This document shows positions 35,845 to 48,986 of a stretch of 64,000 nucleotides of DNA, piece by piece (within the stretch, counting starts at the first letter, position 1; each line of letters opens with the position of its first letter). The notes beneath the pieces were generated by a model that was not told the DNA's origin, made no database searches, and saw only the letters and a list, made by a program, of their open reading frames with translations. The DNA comes from Amoebidium appalachense (Eukaryota > Protista > Ichthyosporea), in the NCBI GenBank assembly GCA_963693365.1, contig CAVNZM010000008.1, positions 1,240,001 to 1,304,000 of the forward strand, in the 5' to 3' direction. A program made the translations under genes and the position numbers.

Positions 35845-36749
35845 AGCGTTTCCATGAGCATGTGAATACAAACATGTAGAGTGAATGAGAGTGCATTTAC
35901 TATGGTGCACACAAAGAGAAAACGTGTGTGTGCATGACTACACACACACCATAGCACACAGCATAATTGTTGGGTGGGTGGGCAATGTGGGGCCTGAGGT
36001 TACAGCCCCAATGCCATTCATAATGTCGTTGTATGCATCCTCGGTTTGTTTCCTTCAGCTCACACGGGGCGGGGGGGCGGCGTGGGGGGGTGGGGGGTAG
36101 GGTGGGATTGGGGGTAGGGAGTTGGAGGCGGGGGGGGGGGGGGGGGGGGGGGGGGGGTAAAGAATGTATCAAAGAATATCAAGTACACAATCAGAACTGA
36201 CAGTGCATTGCAGATTTGGCAAAGAGAAAGGGCAACACACACACACGCACACACACACACAAACAAAAAAACAAAAAGACAAAACAAAACAAAAAAAAGG
36301 AGAGAGAGAAAATGAAAGCACAAAGAACACACAAGGGGGGAGGAGGGGGATGTTACTCTCTGGCTTGTAATGTCATTCTGTGGGCTCATGTTGAGGAGAC
36401 GTCTCCGCTCGCGGATGTACACAGACAGAAACTGTGCCTGCCGGTGGATGTCTGCAGCAGGCATACGCATGGGTGAGTGAGTGTGTGTGTGCATGTCTAC
36501 AGAAAGAACTAGAAGACAACAGCATCTATGCACAGTGCACCCGGCCTCCTACCAACAGCAAGAGAACTAAAGTAAGACAGGACGAGAGAGACCAGCCAAC
36601 CTGCACACTACGTCCAAGAGTTACCCCATTTGATGGGCAAGAATTACATACACCACATGGCTGTGTGTGTGTGTGTGTGTGTAATGTACCGAAGGCAACG
36701 TAATAAACACAAGACACCTGTGATGCTGCTACACGTGAGTGATACCGAG

Positions 36750-36793
<44 letters not shown>

Positions 36794-36816
36794 TGGTGGT
36801 GGTGTGTGTGTATGTG

Positions 36817-36884
<68 letters not shown>

Positions 36885-37413
36885 GGGGGGGAGAGACGAG
36901 AGAGAGAGGGACGAGAGAGAGAGGGATACCTGGGAACAGGGAGGGTGTAAGGGAGTAGAAAGGCCAGTCCGCAACTGACTGGTAGTCGAAAATCCTGCAC
37001 AAAGGACATATGAGTAAACCCTTCCCCCCCCTACAACACCGCGCTATGTGAAGCCATGATTTGGCACACCCCGTCACGTGCACGGGTGCGTGTATGCATG
37101 TGTGCGTTTTTATTTTATTTTTTTGGTGTGCGTGTGTGTGTGTGAGTGCACGTGTTTATGTGTGCGCAGGTACATGCGCATCTTTTCACTTTAACGTCTA
37201 AAATGGTTGGATAAAACGAAAAGGGAGGAAGAAGGAGAAATGGCGGTTGGGGAGGGGGGAGGGGTGTTAATGTGAAGGGACAGGATCAACAAAGCGGTAT
37301 ACGTATGAATGAAAAAAGAACAAACAACTGCAGATCAACGGGAATGAGAAACTGTGCGTGCGCGGAGGAGAGGAGGAGGGGAATGTGTGCCTGTGTGCGT
37401 GTGTGTTTATCTG

Positions 37414-37444
<31 letters not shown>

Positions 37445-37592
37445 TGGGGGGGGGGGGGGGAGGGGGGGGGGGGGGGAGGGGGGGGAATACCATTCACAGA
37501 AATGGTTTGCAATGTCATAGGCCACGAAGTTGTAGTTTGCATACTCGAAGTCGATCAGTTGCACCTCATCATCTATGTTGGCCATGATGTTG

Positions 37593-37667
<75 letters not shown>

Positions 37668-37930
37668 TAAGTTATTATGAACGATATTGCTGCTATTCCA
37701 TGGCCTATTGAGCGCAGTACTTTCACGGGATTTGCTTGAATGCCACTTACACCACTCCTTAACCACACATACCAGTTGGGTTATAATTTATATGTGCCAA
37801 TATAAGCAATCGATATCCCAGGAACAAAGCTGTTCTGTGCGTTTATTGGCTGACGGCAATGATCCAACCCCCCCCCCCCCCCCCCCCCCCCCAACAGGCA
37901 CCATTACCCGCGTGCGCGCGCGCGTGCGCG

Positions 37931-38001
<71 letters not shown>

Positions 38002-38138
38002 GCACGCACGCACGCACGCACGCACACAAAATAAAATCCTCACCTGCCTGCAGGTCATTGTGGCAGAAACCCACCGGTGTGGTGAGGCCATTGAGCACCT
38101 CTGCTTCCAACCACTTGGCCTCCCCGTACAGGTCTGTG

Positions 38139-38203
<65 letters not shown>

Positions 38204-38829
38204 CGGAAGTGAGTGTTGAGTGTGTGTGTGTGTACCAGGTGAAGGGTGCGAGGGAGATGGGGGGGTGTTGATTAGGTAGGGCGTGGTGTTATATACATCG
38301 TCACACACACCAGTCTGCATAAACATCAGGCAAAGCGCACCATTCAATAATCAGAGTACTCAAGAGCATCCCATCAAAGCCATTCTCAACATGGGACCGG
38401 TCGCTCTGAGGGGGACGAGGGGGGGGGAGGGGGGGGGGATTAGAATGCGGAACACTGTACGAAGTACAAGTACACGATGAGAAACACCGTGCAGGACACA
38501 GGCAAAAGCAAACATTCAAGTATGCAACATCAGCCCGGTTCCCCGGGGGAGGGGGGGGGGGGGGGGGGGTGCAGCTGCAACAACTCTTCCGACTCAAACC
38601 AAAAAGGCGGGGGATTTGAGGAAAAGGGAAGACCCAAATCCAACACGACCAATCAAACCCTGACTCTCATGAGCGGAAGTATCTGCCCCATTTGACTGGC
38701 CCATATGCACCAATGAAATCACCCACCGTAGTTTATCAGTTCGGTCAGATAGCCAATCTCGTCCTTGCCAAATTCACGCGCCAGCCCTGCATCACTCTCT
38801 GCTTTGCCCTTGCCCGGAGTGAAGTAGTC

Positions 38830-38888
<59 letters not shown>

Positions 38889-38890
38889 CT

Positions 38891-38975
<85 letters not shown>

Positions 38976-39213
38976 TGTGTGTGTGTATGTGTGCCTTTGT
39001 TAGCGAAAGAATGAAAAGCAGTGATTGGCTAATGGGTAAGAGAGCGAGTGAAGGTTTTAGTATGGGTGCAAGTGCCTATACATAGGTACATGTGTGTTTG
39101 TGCTTGCGTCGGGTGGACACGCTGGTATTTGCAGTTTTGAGTGTGTCTGTGTGCGGGCGCACACGTGTCTGTGTTTGAGAAGGAGGTGGTGGTGGTGTTG
39201 GTGGGGATTTGGG

Positions 39214-39245
<32 letters not shown>

Positions 39246-39322
39246 GGGAGCGGTGGTGGAGGGAAGACCCTGCAGCCACGATTGTTGCTAGATTCATGTG
39301 GCATGTATGTTCTGCTGGGTGG

Positions 39323-39353
<31 letters not shown>

Positions 39354-39454
39354 ATATACATGACGGGACGTGCAGCATCGAGCCACCTTTTGATGTTGAA
39401 GAAGAGCACTGGCTTCTTGTCGAAGGGCATGTCCAAGCTGTGCAGGTAGGCGGT

Positions 39455-39537
<83 letters not shown>

Positions 39538-39544
39538 TGGTGGT

Positions 39545-39584
<40 letters not shown>

Positions 39585-39720
39585 GAGGGGGGGGGGGGGG
39601 AGGAGGGAGGGGGTTGGGAAGGTGTGCGTGTGTGTGTGTCTGAAAAAGTATGCATGCCATGTCATGGGTGAAGATGGATCGGTTTGGTTAGGTTGGGTAT
39701 TTGTATTTTTATTTATTTAT

Positions 39721-39786
<66 letters not shown>

Positions 39787-39917
39787 AGGCGTTGTGTGTG
39801 CCCGTGAAAGGAACAGAGATTACTGTGTAAAAACGTGCACATACACAAGGTTGGAAAAAACGGTGAGAGGGCAAGGGAAGGGGTAGAAAGGGGGAGGCGG
39901 GGAGGAGGAGAGAGAGA

Positions 39918-39966
<49 letters not shown>

Positions 39967-41210
39967 GGGGGAGGGTATGGGGAGGGAGAGGAGGTTTGAA
40001 TGCATGAGACGATGCCAATATCACCAATTGCGACAGAAGAATGAGTGTAGCTGGAAATTCTTGTGATAACATTCACCAACCCCATCACCATCACCTTTTC
40101 TGAAAGTTTTCTCCCCTTGCATCGTGCTGTGCCGGGGGTTTGACCTATGCCCAGAGTCTAAAATTTTAAGTACCTCACAAACTGATACAGGGCTGTTCAA
40201 AATGCGGGGGAGGGGGGGGGGGGGGGGGGGGAGGCACCCACCAGGGCAATGTTCTGTGAGATTGCTGGGACGTTGAGGTCGGGGGGGCTGAGGGTGCGTG
40301 CAGTGAACCACTCCTCAAGCCGGCCCTATGTTATGCTGGTCAGACACAGAGACAAACAAAAATAAAAGCAAAAGAACTCTATCCCGCAAACCCTATAACA
40401 AAAGCATACCCCTCACCTCCCCCCCCCCCCCCCCCCCCCCCCCCCCTTCCCCTGTCCCACCCACACACACTCGGCCCTTCTCCGTTCTGTCACCCACACG
40501 AATATGCAACCCCCCCCCCCCCCCAAAAAAAAAAAAAAAAAACACCGCACACCCACCCACACCCACACCCATAGCAAAGCCTCTGATCTATCTATCATAC
40601 ATGCCATCTCCACCCTCCCTCCGGTAATCCTACCACGTCCCCACCCACCTGCCCTACTCCTAACTACCCCACCCTACAATCCCCTAGACATACACCATTC
40701 CTGGCCTTTTGACGTACCCATGCACCCACCCACACGTCCACACATCCACACACCCATCCCCACCACCACAACACCCACCTCCTTGAAAACACCGTAAAGA
40801 CGGGGCCCGAACCTCCTCTCGGACAGCAGCACAAAGCAGATCTCACCCATCATGCGGCTGAAGAACACATCCGTGCCCTGGGCCCACACGTAAGAACACG
40901 CCATGCACCCCCACGCATATAAGCCATTTGTCGTATGTGTGGTAGCCACACACACACACACACACATGCACACTCTCCCCCCCCCCTCCCCCCCCCCCCC
41001 CCCCCGCCACCTCAACCCCCCCTTCCCCCCAGGATTACGGGAGACATGGAGGGGTTGAACTCTAGGACAAAAGCGGGTCCGCTCGATCGGGAAGGAAATA
41101 AGCATGTGTAGCAGGAGTTAAGAAGAATCGGCGTTGTGAGCAGTGTTCCCAGGCAGGGAAGGATGGAAAGGGGGGGAGGGGGAGGGAGGGAGGGAGGGAG
41201 GGAGGGAGGG

Positions 41211-41257
<47 letters not shown>

Positions 41258-41340
41258 TTGCAAAACATGTAAACGTTGGGTTCCACACAGGCAAGCAGAG
41301 AGATGGGTGTATGATGCTGGCAGGTGTGTATACGTCTGTG

Positions 41341-41376
<36 letters not shown>

Positions 41377-41424
41377 TGTGTGTGTGCTACTATGTAAGTG
41401 TGTGCCTGTGTGTGTGTGTGTGCT

Positions 41425-41469
<45 letters not shown>

Positions 41470-41677
41470 CTGTTTGTGTGTTGTGTAGAGAAAGAGAGTG
41501 CGGGTGAGCGCAACAGGGAAGGGGTGGGGTGGGGGGGGTGTAGTATACAGTGCCGTAGACTCTGAGCAGGACCTGCTGGGGGTCGATGGCCACATTGTCG
41601 GCACCCACCACGCTGATCTTGAACAGCAGGTTGGTCAGCCCACCCCTGTACATGAAAGGTCGGCACCACGTATGCGC

Positions 41678-41739
<62 letters not shown>

Positions 41740-42693
41740 GGAGGGAGGGAGGGAGGAAGGGAGAAGGGGAAAAGGGTAGGGAGGGAGGGAGACGGAGGGG
41801 AAGAGAGAGGGAGCCTCGTGAGGGAGGGAGGGAGGGAGGGGGAGGGAGCCTCGGGAGGGAGGGAGAAAGGGGGAGGGGGACGGGGAGCGGGCGAGGGAGG
41901 GAGGGAGGGAGGGAGAGACAGGGAGGGAGAGCGAGAGAGAGAGAAAGAGGGCTAGAAAGACAGAGAATAGAACATCGATTGAAGACAAGCAAGAGTGGTG
42001 CACACACACAGGTAACAGCTCTCAGGCAGAAGTAAGGGGAAAGGTGTCAGGTGTCTCCATATCCCCCCCTCCCCCCTCCCCCTCCCCCCCACTTCTCCCC
42101 CCCATTAGGGCAATCCCGATTCTCATTCTCCCCAAATCATGTTTCTGAACCGAGGGAGTGCACCAACCTGACGATGGTGACTCGGACCTGGTCGGGGCGC
42201 AGGTCCTTCCACTCGTGTATGTGCCCTGTGGCCCAATCAAACGCCTGCTCCCGAAACCCCTCCGGCAGGTCATCCTCTGCCTTGTCGTGGGTGATGTCTT
42301 TGTCTTCCAGCGAGGTGAGGGAAGCAGTCCGACGGTGTGTTTCACCGCTCATTGCCTCGGTTCTGTGTGTGTGGAGGGGAGGGGGGCGGGGGCGGAGGCG
42401 GCGGGGGGGGGGGGGGGGGGGGGGGGGGGGAGGAAGGGAGGGATGGAGGGTATGTGTGTGTGTGGAGGGAGAGACGGGGAAGAGAGAGAAGGGAAAGGCG
42501 GGGGGGCAGGGGGGCTTGTGGTTGAGTGGGCCAGCGTGCCGGCGGGCGGACGGGCGGGGCGGGAGGGGGGAGGGGGGGAGGCAAAGCGGGAAGGTCCCGT
42601 TCAGTGAGTGTGTGAGTGAGCGAGCAAGTGACTGAGTGAGTGCGCATGTGTGCGTGCTGCGCGTTATGTGTATCTCTCTCTCCCTCCCTCCCT

Positions 42694-42790
<97 letters not shown>

Positions 42791-43480
42791 AGGGGGAGGG
42801 GATGCAAGCGAGCATGTGGGAGATGGCATTTGTTGGTGACAACGGCGGTCACAGGGGGTGAACGGGAGGAGGGAGTAAGCAGAAAGGGGAGCTTGGAAGT
42901 ACATATGTCCCCCCCCTCCCGGCCCCACTCCAAGGAAAGACTAGACGAGCCCGACAAACCACTCTACTAAACCCCTTCCGTTCGTGCCTGTGTACTCTTG
43001 TGTATGTATGTCTGCAGCAAGGAAGCAAAAAAAACAGAGACGCCAAGAAAAGCTGACCAGAAAGTGTCGCTGAAAGTTTGGTCAAAACTAGGGTGGGGGG
43101 GAGAGCGGAAAAAGGGGGAGGGGAGGCTGGGGGGGTAGGGCTTTTGAGTTAAGCTCGCAGGGGTGTGTGTGTTGCTGGGTGGGTGAGTGAGTGGGTGGGT
43201 GGGTGGGTGGGGGGAGAGGGGGAGGGGGGGGGGGGGGGGGATTTGGGGAGAATGCGGGGGTTCTTCGCGCCTGTCTGCTATGTGCGCGTGCGAGTGTGCA
43301 TGCGTGCAGGGATGGGGGGGGGGGGGGGGGGGGGGAGGGGGGGAGGGGGGGGAGGGGGGGGTGCCTCCGCCTGTCCTCCACGGGCAGCAGATCGACCTCG
43401 TTCAGGTCTGACCCCACAGACCACTTGCGCGCAAGCGACCCCTGCGAGTTGGGCGCCGTGGTAGGCGCGTTACTGGCCAT
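34235..43480 (-). CDS. Choline/ethanolamine kinase
   Basis: Exons 43480-~43365 (donor uncertain), 42362-42168, 41645-41549, 40877-40779, 40325-40242, 39457-39360, 38830-38727, 38133-38044, 37593-37491, 36994-36930, 36451-36357, 35463-35350, 34327-34235. Motifs [26 protein letters not shown], Brenner motif [12 protein letters not shown], choline-kinase motif [23 protein letters not shown], and [13 protein letters not shown]. Confidence 0.93.
38443..38535 (-). repeat. Dispersed repeat; inverted copy of 49928-50005
   Basis: gaatgcggaacac.gtacgaagtac...caaacattcaagtatgcaacatcagcc is the reverse complement of 49928-50005 with one internal indel. Confidence 0.85.
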
Positions 43481-43628
43481 GGTGGGGAGAGGCTCTTTCT
43501 GCTAAGGCGTGACAGGATTAGGGTTGTATATGGAGGGGAAAAATTGCCAAGTCGTGTTAAGAAACATGTGTGTGTGCCTTGTGGTGTGCCGTGGTCGGGG
43601 GCCGCTGGCCGGTGGATTTGGCAATCGA

Positions 43629-43695
43629 TGACGTCACTTCGGATCCGGACTCCGGAGCCTCGCGAAATACTGCACTGGTACCAGTGACGTCACTG
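43629..43695. promoter_or_regulatory. Two CRE/ATF-type TGACGTCA sites upstream of the kinase start
   Basis: TGACGTCA at 43629-43636 and 43685-43692, the second inside the 14-bp palindrome cagtgacgtcactg, 150-210 bp upstream of ATG 43480. The motif also occurs elsewhere in the window, so function is inferred only. Confidence 0.35.
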
Positions 43696-46263
43696 AGCGA
43701 GTTGCTAAATGACATGTGTACAGCGTTTGACGTTTGCCGAATTGATGCTAATATTTACAGCCACATGCGTGTCCCAATAAACGCGTATGTGGGCCTTACC
43801 AGCCGTTTGAACCTTGTTTTGCTTTGTGAGTGAACTATTATACAGTGACAATCAAGTCCAAAAAGACTCTGCTGTGCCACGGTATACGTAGCAGGCGCGA
43901 GGTTATAGGTACAGGTCTATACGAAGGAAGCCCCTAGGTATAGGGAGATCGGACCGTAACCAGCTGAAAAATACAATATTTGATAATAATTTACCAAAAT
44001 TAAAACATAAAACCAATAACCATAACCCTATGTGTGTCTGCCCTAAATGGGGGGGGCTGCCTCCCCCCCAACCCCCCGCTAGAGGGGCCTGTGAGGCTGT
44101 GGGGATCGAATCGTTCTTCCCTGATTTTACGTCATCGCATCGTGTTACGGTAGGCGCCACTCGGCCCGGACCAATAGGGCCGCAGCCGCGCCTGCAATGC
44201 GTGTTTACTTTGCCAGCGCTGGCATGATACGGAATCCAGATCATGGGCCGCCTCTAGGGACTCTGGTTCATATGCAGTATATTCGGGTCACTAATATCGG
44301 TGGTGTAAGGTCGGCTGGGGCAGAGGAAGGCTAGCTGGCTTCCTCACTTGCTATAAATTTTTTCTTATGAATAAATGTATCATGTACGGACATATACGTA
44401 TATAGAGGAAACTCGAGGAATTGCGTATAGATGTGCAATCAACTCAGGTCCTAAAAACCTACAGTTTTTCGTTTTTGACCCGGCTCGCGCTGACCATTAG
44501 TGCCGTACATGGCATAGCCAGATCTTTCTGGTAAGAAAACAAACCAATCAAATAGCTGATTGGAACAAATCCTTTAGACTCCAATAAATTGCTACCCACA
44601 TAACCAAAAATCAGAAAATTGGTTTTCATATAGACTACTCACTACGTGCAGTGTTCACGTATATATATATATCTTATATCTGAGTATGCACTTCGCATTG
44701 GCTAACTCAAGATTTATATTTTTTTCTTTCTTGCTTCATGATTAGGTTATGCCGTGCATACTTACACCTCTATCGATTGATATAACTCGTCAAAAGAAAT
44801 TTAAAGCAAATATCTGCAGCTAGGATAAGGAATTCGGCCGCGGGCTTTCAAATTGATACGTATACGCGTACGAATGCATGATGTAACTTACAAAAATATC
44901 CGGTACAGGCAATTATCACACATTAATCCTACATCCTGTCCTGTTTTGGTTGAAAAAATTATGAACGCCCCCTTCAACAGTAAATCGGTTGCACAGATGA
45001 CCCTAGAGCCTTCTCAAGTTGATATCCCTGCGGCCGATCGATCGCGACGGTGCCAGTAAGGCCTGGAGTGGGTATTGGAACTTCCACGTAAGTTCCACCT
45101 TCAGTGGGGGGATATGGTTGTCTAGGGGACTATACTGCAGTTTCCAAGGCGTCTGTAAATCATACCAAAAATTCGGTATCTCACCTCAGCATGATGAGTC
45201 TTTCATGGTGAAAATTTTAGCAAAAGCTATACTACAGTACATGTGATTCACTGTAAAACCTAATACAATACTAAAGCACTATATGGAGGCACACGCGTTC
45301 ATAACGGCTCTTTTCCCTGAAGTTCCTGAACCTCAAAAAAAGTTCACACTGCCTGCAGCTGTCGAGTCACTCGAGTGTCGCGGGCGGCCGATCGGATGCC
45401 ATCAAATCCAGCATCCCACGCACTTTCTTATGCTAATATTCGGTCTATGATGCACATGCAATAATTTGTGTTTGGTTTTCATCAATAACAAACACCTTAT
45501 ATTATTTAGATATTCTTCCTTTTTGCATGTCCGGAGCCGATAGGACTCCATAGGAGTTTCTTTAGGAGACATATATATATATTATCAACTTGTGACATGT
45601 ACATCCGGATCCCACGCAATCGAATTTGGAATTGTTTTTTTTTCTCTCATCAATTTTTGTTTGTTGGGTTCAACTTCGCAGTGTGCGATTTCAAGAATCC
45701 GTATTATAAAATATACAAAAAAATGCAAGAATGCAAGTTGACTATTTAACTACTTAAAACTGCCATGGTTAGAATTGATGTTAGGATTGTTATGACATTG
45801 ATCGATGATACTATAGCGACATTCATTTCTCAAATACAGGTACCAATGACATTTGTCTACCACAGAGCATTTACGGATAATATACCATCTACAAAATCAT
45901 AAGGTTTGAAGCCAATCAAAGCCGAAAACTGCCACAGCCACATTCCAGGGGCTCATCTGCGAAACAAGTTCTGGAAGCTGTTCAAAATCATCAAATACAG
46001 GCAGAGTTGTGCTGAGAATAGCTTTAAAATGAATATTTATTTCATATCAATAGGCTCAAGAAGTTTCTGTCTTATTACAATATTCTTTTTAGCTTACGAA
46101 GTACTTCAATAATCTGAGTCTGAGGGCACTGGTCTATCGAGCCAAAATTACCGCAATATGGTGGTTTTTCCCCCAGAAATAGTTTGGGCATGCACACTGG
46201 CGAAAACATAGCACCACTGTGACACTTGTGACAAGATTTCACCTCCTACGGCGGTTTGGCCAC

Positions 46264-46433
46264 TAGAGTTTTCAACTCGACTTTTAATTGGCTCCTGGGA
46301 GTGGATTAACTTGAGCTAATCTCACTCCCGGCGGCTCGGAGTGAATTAACCAGAGATCGAGCTGGTTACTGGTTAATCCACTCCGATTAGGTTAATTCCA
46401 CTCCCGGTTGTCGATCGGGCGAAAGGCACCCGA
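46264..46433. mobile_element. Probable DNA-transposon end with inverted subterminal motifs
   Basis: Starts tagagttttcaac. ggagtg(g/a)attaac occurs in both orientations (46298, 46338, 46371, 46390). 18-bp inverted repeat 46336-46353/46369-46386. Hairpin tcggg-cgaaaggca-cccga. Confidence 0.45.
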
Positions 46434-47037
46434 GATATAAGAGAAGCGAGAGAATGAATCTGATGGGCGGCGGCCTTAATATATCTTCCGGTTAATCCTC
46501 GAGCCAATCAGATGGCTTTTTTAATTCAGCATGTTTCCATATCAAAAATGAATCAGGCACAGTTTGTTTCAAGCACATGCAAACATATTCATGTTTCTTT
46601 TTTTTCCACAATAATCTAATATACCATCGAGAAAAAAAAAACAGTTACGCATAGTTACATGGTGTTTGTTGTGTTTTTGTCTCCAACATCACATGATCAT
46701 AATTATTAAATCACGTGTTTCGAAACTCAAATGTTTCATTGATTGGATCAAAATTTATTCAGGAATCTGGTACATTCCCCCCTTCCCCCCCCCCGGCGGC
46801 CCGGCGGCTCAGCCAGTCAGCCCGAGAGCCGGACCGAGATGTATGCTTATGACAGAGATCTGCTAATGATATGAATTGAAGGTAGGCGCACTTCAATAAC
46901 AACAACAAAAAAATTATTAACAATATAAATAATAATATAAAAGAATAGACAATAAAATAATGCAAAAGAAACAAACTATCAGGATAATACTATTATTAAC
47001 AAAAATACAGAATGAAAACTTCTCGTGGCCAAACCTC

Positions 47038-47321
47038 ATTACGCAACTCGAAGCCGTTCTCACCAAAAGTTACCACTGCTCGGTCTCGCAATTTATGATC
47101 ACTCGGCCTACTCGTGATCATAACTTGCGGGGTTTACGCTGTTTACTCGAGGCAAAGAGAACCAGTCTCAGGTATGGGGGGGGGTTTTGCTCGGAATATC
47201 CCCTCAGCGGTATATCATGATCACGTACATAGATGTCGGGTGGTGACTATATATCAGGGTTTACTTTCTCTACGAGACACCATAAAGACTACAAGGAGAA
47301 ATCAATTAGCTGGGGTTCCCC

Positions 47322-47366
<45 letters not shown>

Positions 47367-47453
47367 GGGCTCCCCTCGGGACACTCGGTATCAATAACTT
47401 GCGGACTGCAGTGCTAACTTTGGCCAGTGAACTCGGCGTCTCGATTGCGTAAT
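47038..47453. mobile_element. Old foldback/MITE-like element with diverged inverted arms of about 65 bp
   Basis: 47038-47100 (attacgcaa.tcga..gccg..tcac..aaagtta.cactgc..gtc.cgcaa.ttat) aligns by eye to the reverse complement of 47390-47453. Confidence 0.6.
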
Positions 47454-47761
47454 AGCAGATTACTTACATATAAAACAAGTAATCTGGGCGATATAAGATA
47501 CGCCTTTGAGAGCCCCTCAAAGATTCCGGTATAGTTTGTACGGAGACCGTTAACCGGTAGCTCCGAACTTATCCGCAGCCAATTGCTTCGCCGCTCACCG
47601 GATCCCGGGAGTCGCTTTTTTTTTTTCTTCCCTCCCTTCCCTTCTCCAGTCCACACCACCCTTTCCTCGACCCCGTTGTTGTTTGTGCTGTTTCCCAGTT
47701 CTCTCGTTGTTCACTTGGGCAACAGTTTGGGTACCATTACTTTTTTTTCTAATCCGCAGCC

Positions 47762-48986
47762 ATGAGTTTTACTGGTGAGAAGCTTCAATTCACACGCCAG
47801 GCCTCAGGCAAGGAGCAGGAGAAACCCAAGTACAAGTTCACGGACTTCAACTACCACCAATACCAACCACGCACAAAGCAAGTTAACGGGAAAGGGAAAA
47901 AGCAGCAGCCACGGCCCAAGCCAGGCCCCACACCTAACATCACCACCTGGCGGAAGAGCGACTTTAACTCTACCGGTTCTGTCCCTGCTGTTCAACATGG
48001 CCCCACCCATCTACCCACCCCCGTGGCTGTACAAAAACCACAACGGACGGGTGGGTTTCCTTTGAATGACGGCCGATTGCAGCCTGTGGCGCCACGCCAG
48101 ACTGCGATAGAAACGATCAAAGTTGAGGCCCAGGCCACGACGCAACTGTGGCCGCAAGTGTCCGCACAGTTTCCCACGGGGAAAGCTACGAATTTAAACG
48201 CGACGAACGTAACCTTTACGAATGAAAGCACGCACACAGCACCAACACTACAAGACGCTCAGAGCTTGGGTGTCCTGGCGCAACTACCAACGACGGGGTT
48301 GAAGCCGGAGGGGACGGGGGGCTTGGGGGGTGATGCAGCGTTTAACTTCTTCCGCTACCTGCTTGCAGCCAAGTCCAACCTCGTGCTTCAGCTGCAGCTA
48401 TTGGACCAGCAGGCAGCCCTCCTTCGTCCTTTCCTCACCCCCGAGCAGCTTGAAGAGGCTGCGGCAGGCGCCGGCTTGCCTGGGCTGCTCCTTCCCACGC
48501 CGCAAGTGTCTCTGTCTATGGACACCTCCACTGTTGGGGCCTCGTTTGGGCTGCAGAGCAACATGCAAGGCCAATTGGGTGCCCTGCCTCTTATCTCCTT
48601 CCCACAGCAGCTGCCCTTCCAGACCGCCCCTCTTCAGACACAAGACATGGCCTTTAATTTCCAGCCCCTGCAACAGGCGGCCCAGGCCACCCCCCCACAG
48701 CCTGTTTCCATGATGGAACGCCGAGACAGCATCATCTCCACAGCCACCACGGTAGTAGACCACGGACATCACCAGCAAGACAACTCGCTGTATATGCATT
48801 CCCCCTCGTCCATCGCTACGCCCCGGTGCCCCGATCGACTCACCCTTCGAGTCTCTGTCTTCCCTCCCATGGTCGCCTGAATTCGACCCCTCGAGCCCGG
48901 CCGATGAGATTCTTGACACCAGCGATGTTATGTCTCTGAATAATGTCGGGTCTGGCGATTTGGATCTTTTGCCTCACTGGCAGTGA
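47762..48986 (+). CDS. Q/P/T-rich putative transcriptional co-activator with myocardin/MRTF-like motifs; ORF stops at 48880, probable true stop at 48986 in the +1 frame
   Basis: 372-aa non-repetitive ORF preceded by an acceptor-like ctaatccgcag. Motifs KPKYKFTDFNYHQYQP and RYLLAAKSNLVLQLQLLDQQ. The +1 frame after ~48824 gives an acidic tail ending GDLDLLPHWQ*. Confidence 0.7.

Noticed and set aside
43850-46250. Gene in the microsatellite-free AT-richer interval
   Set aside because: No ORF with recognisable motifs; the sequence looks like mixed non-autonomous transposon debris whose ends I could not pair.
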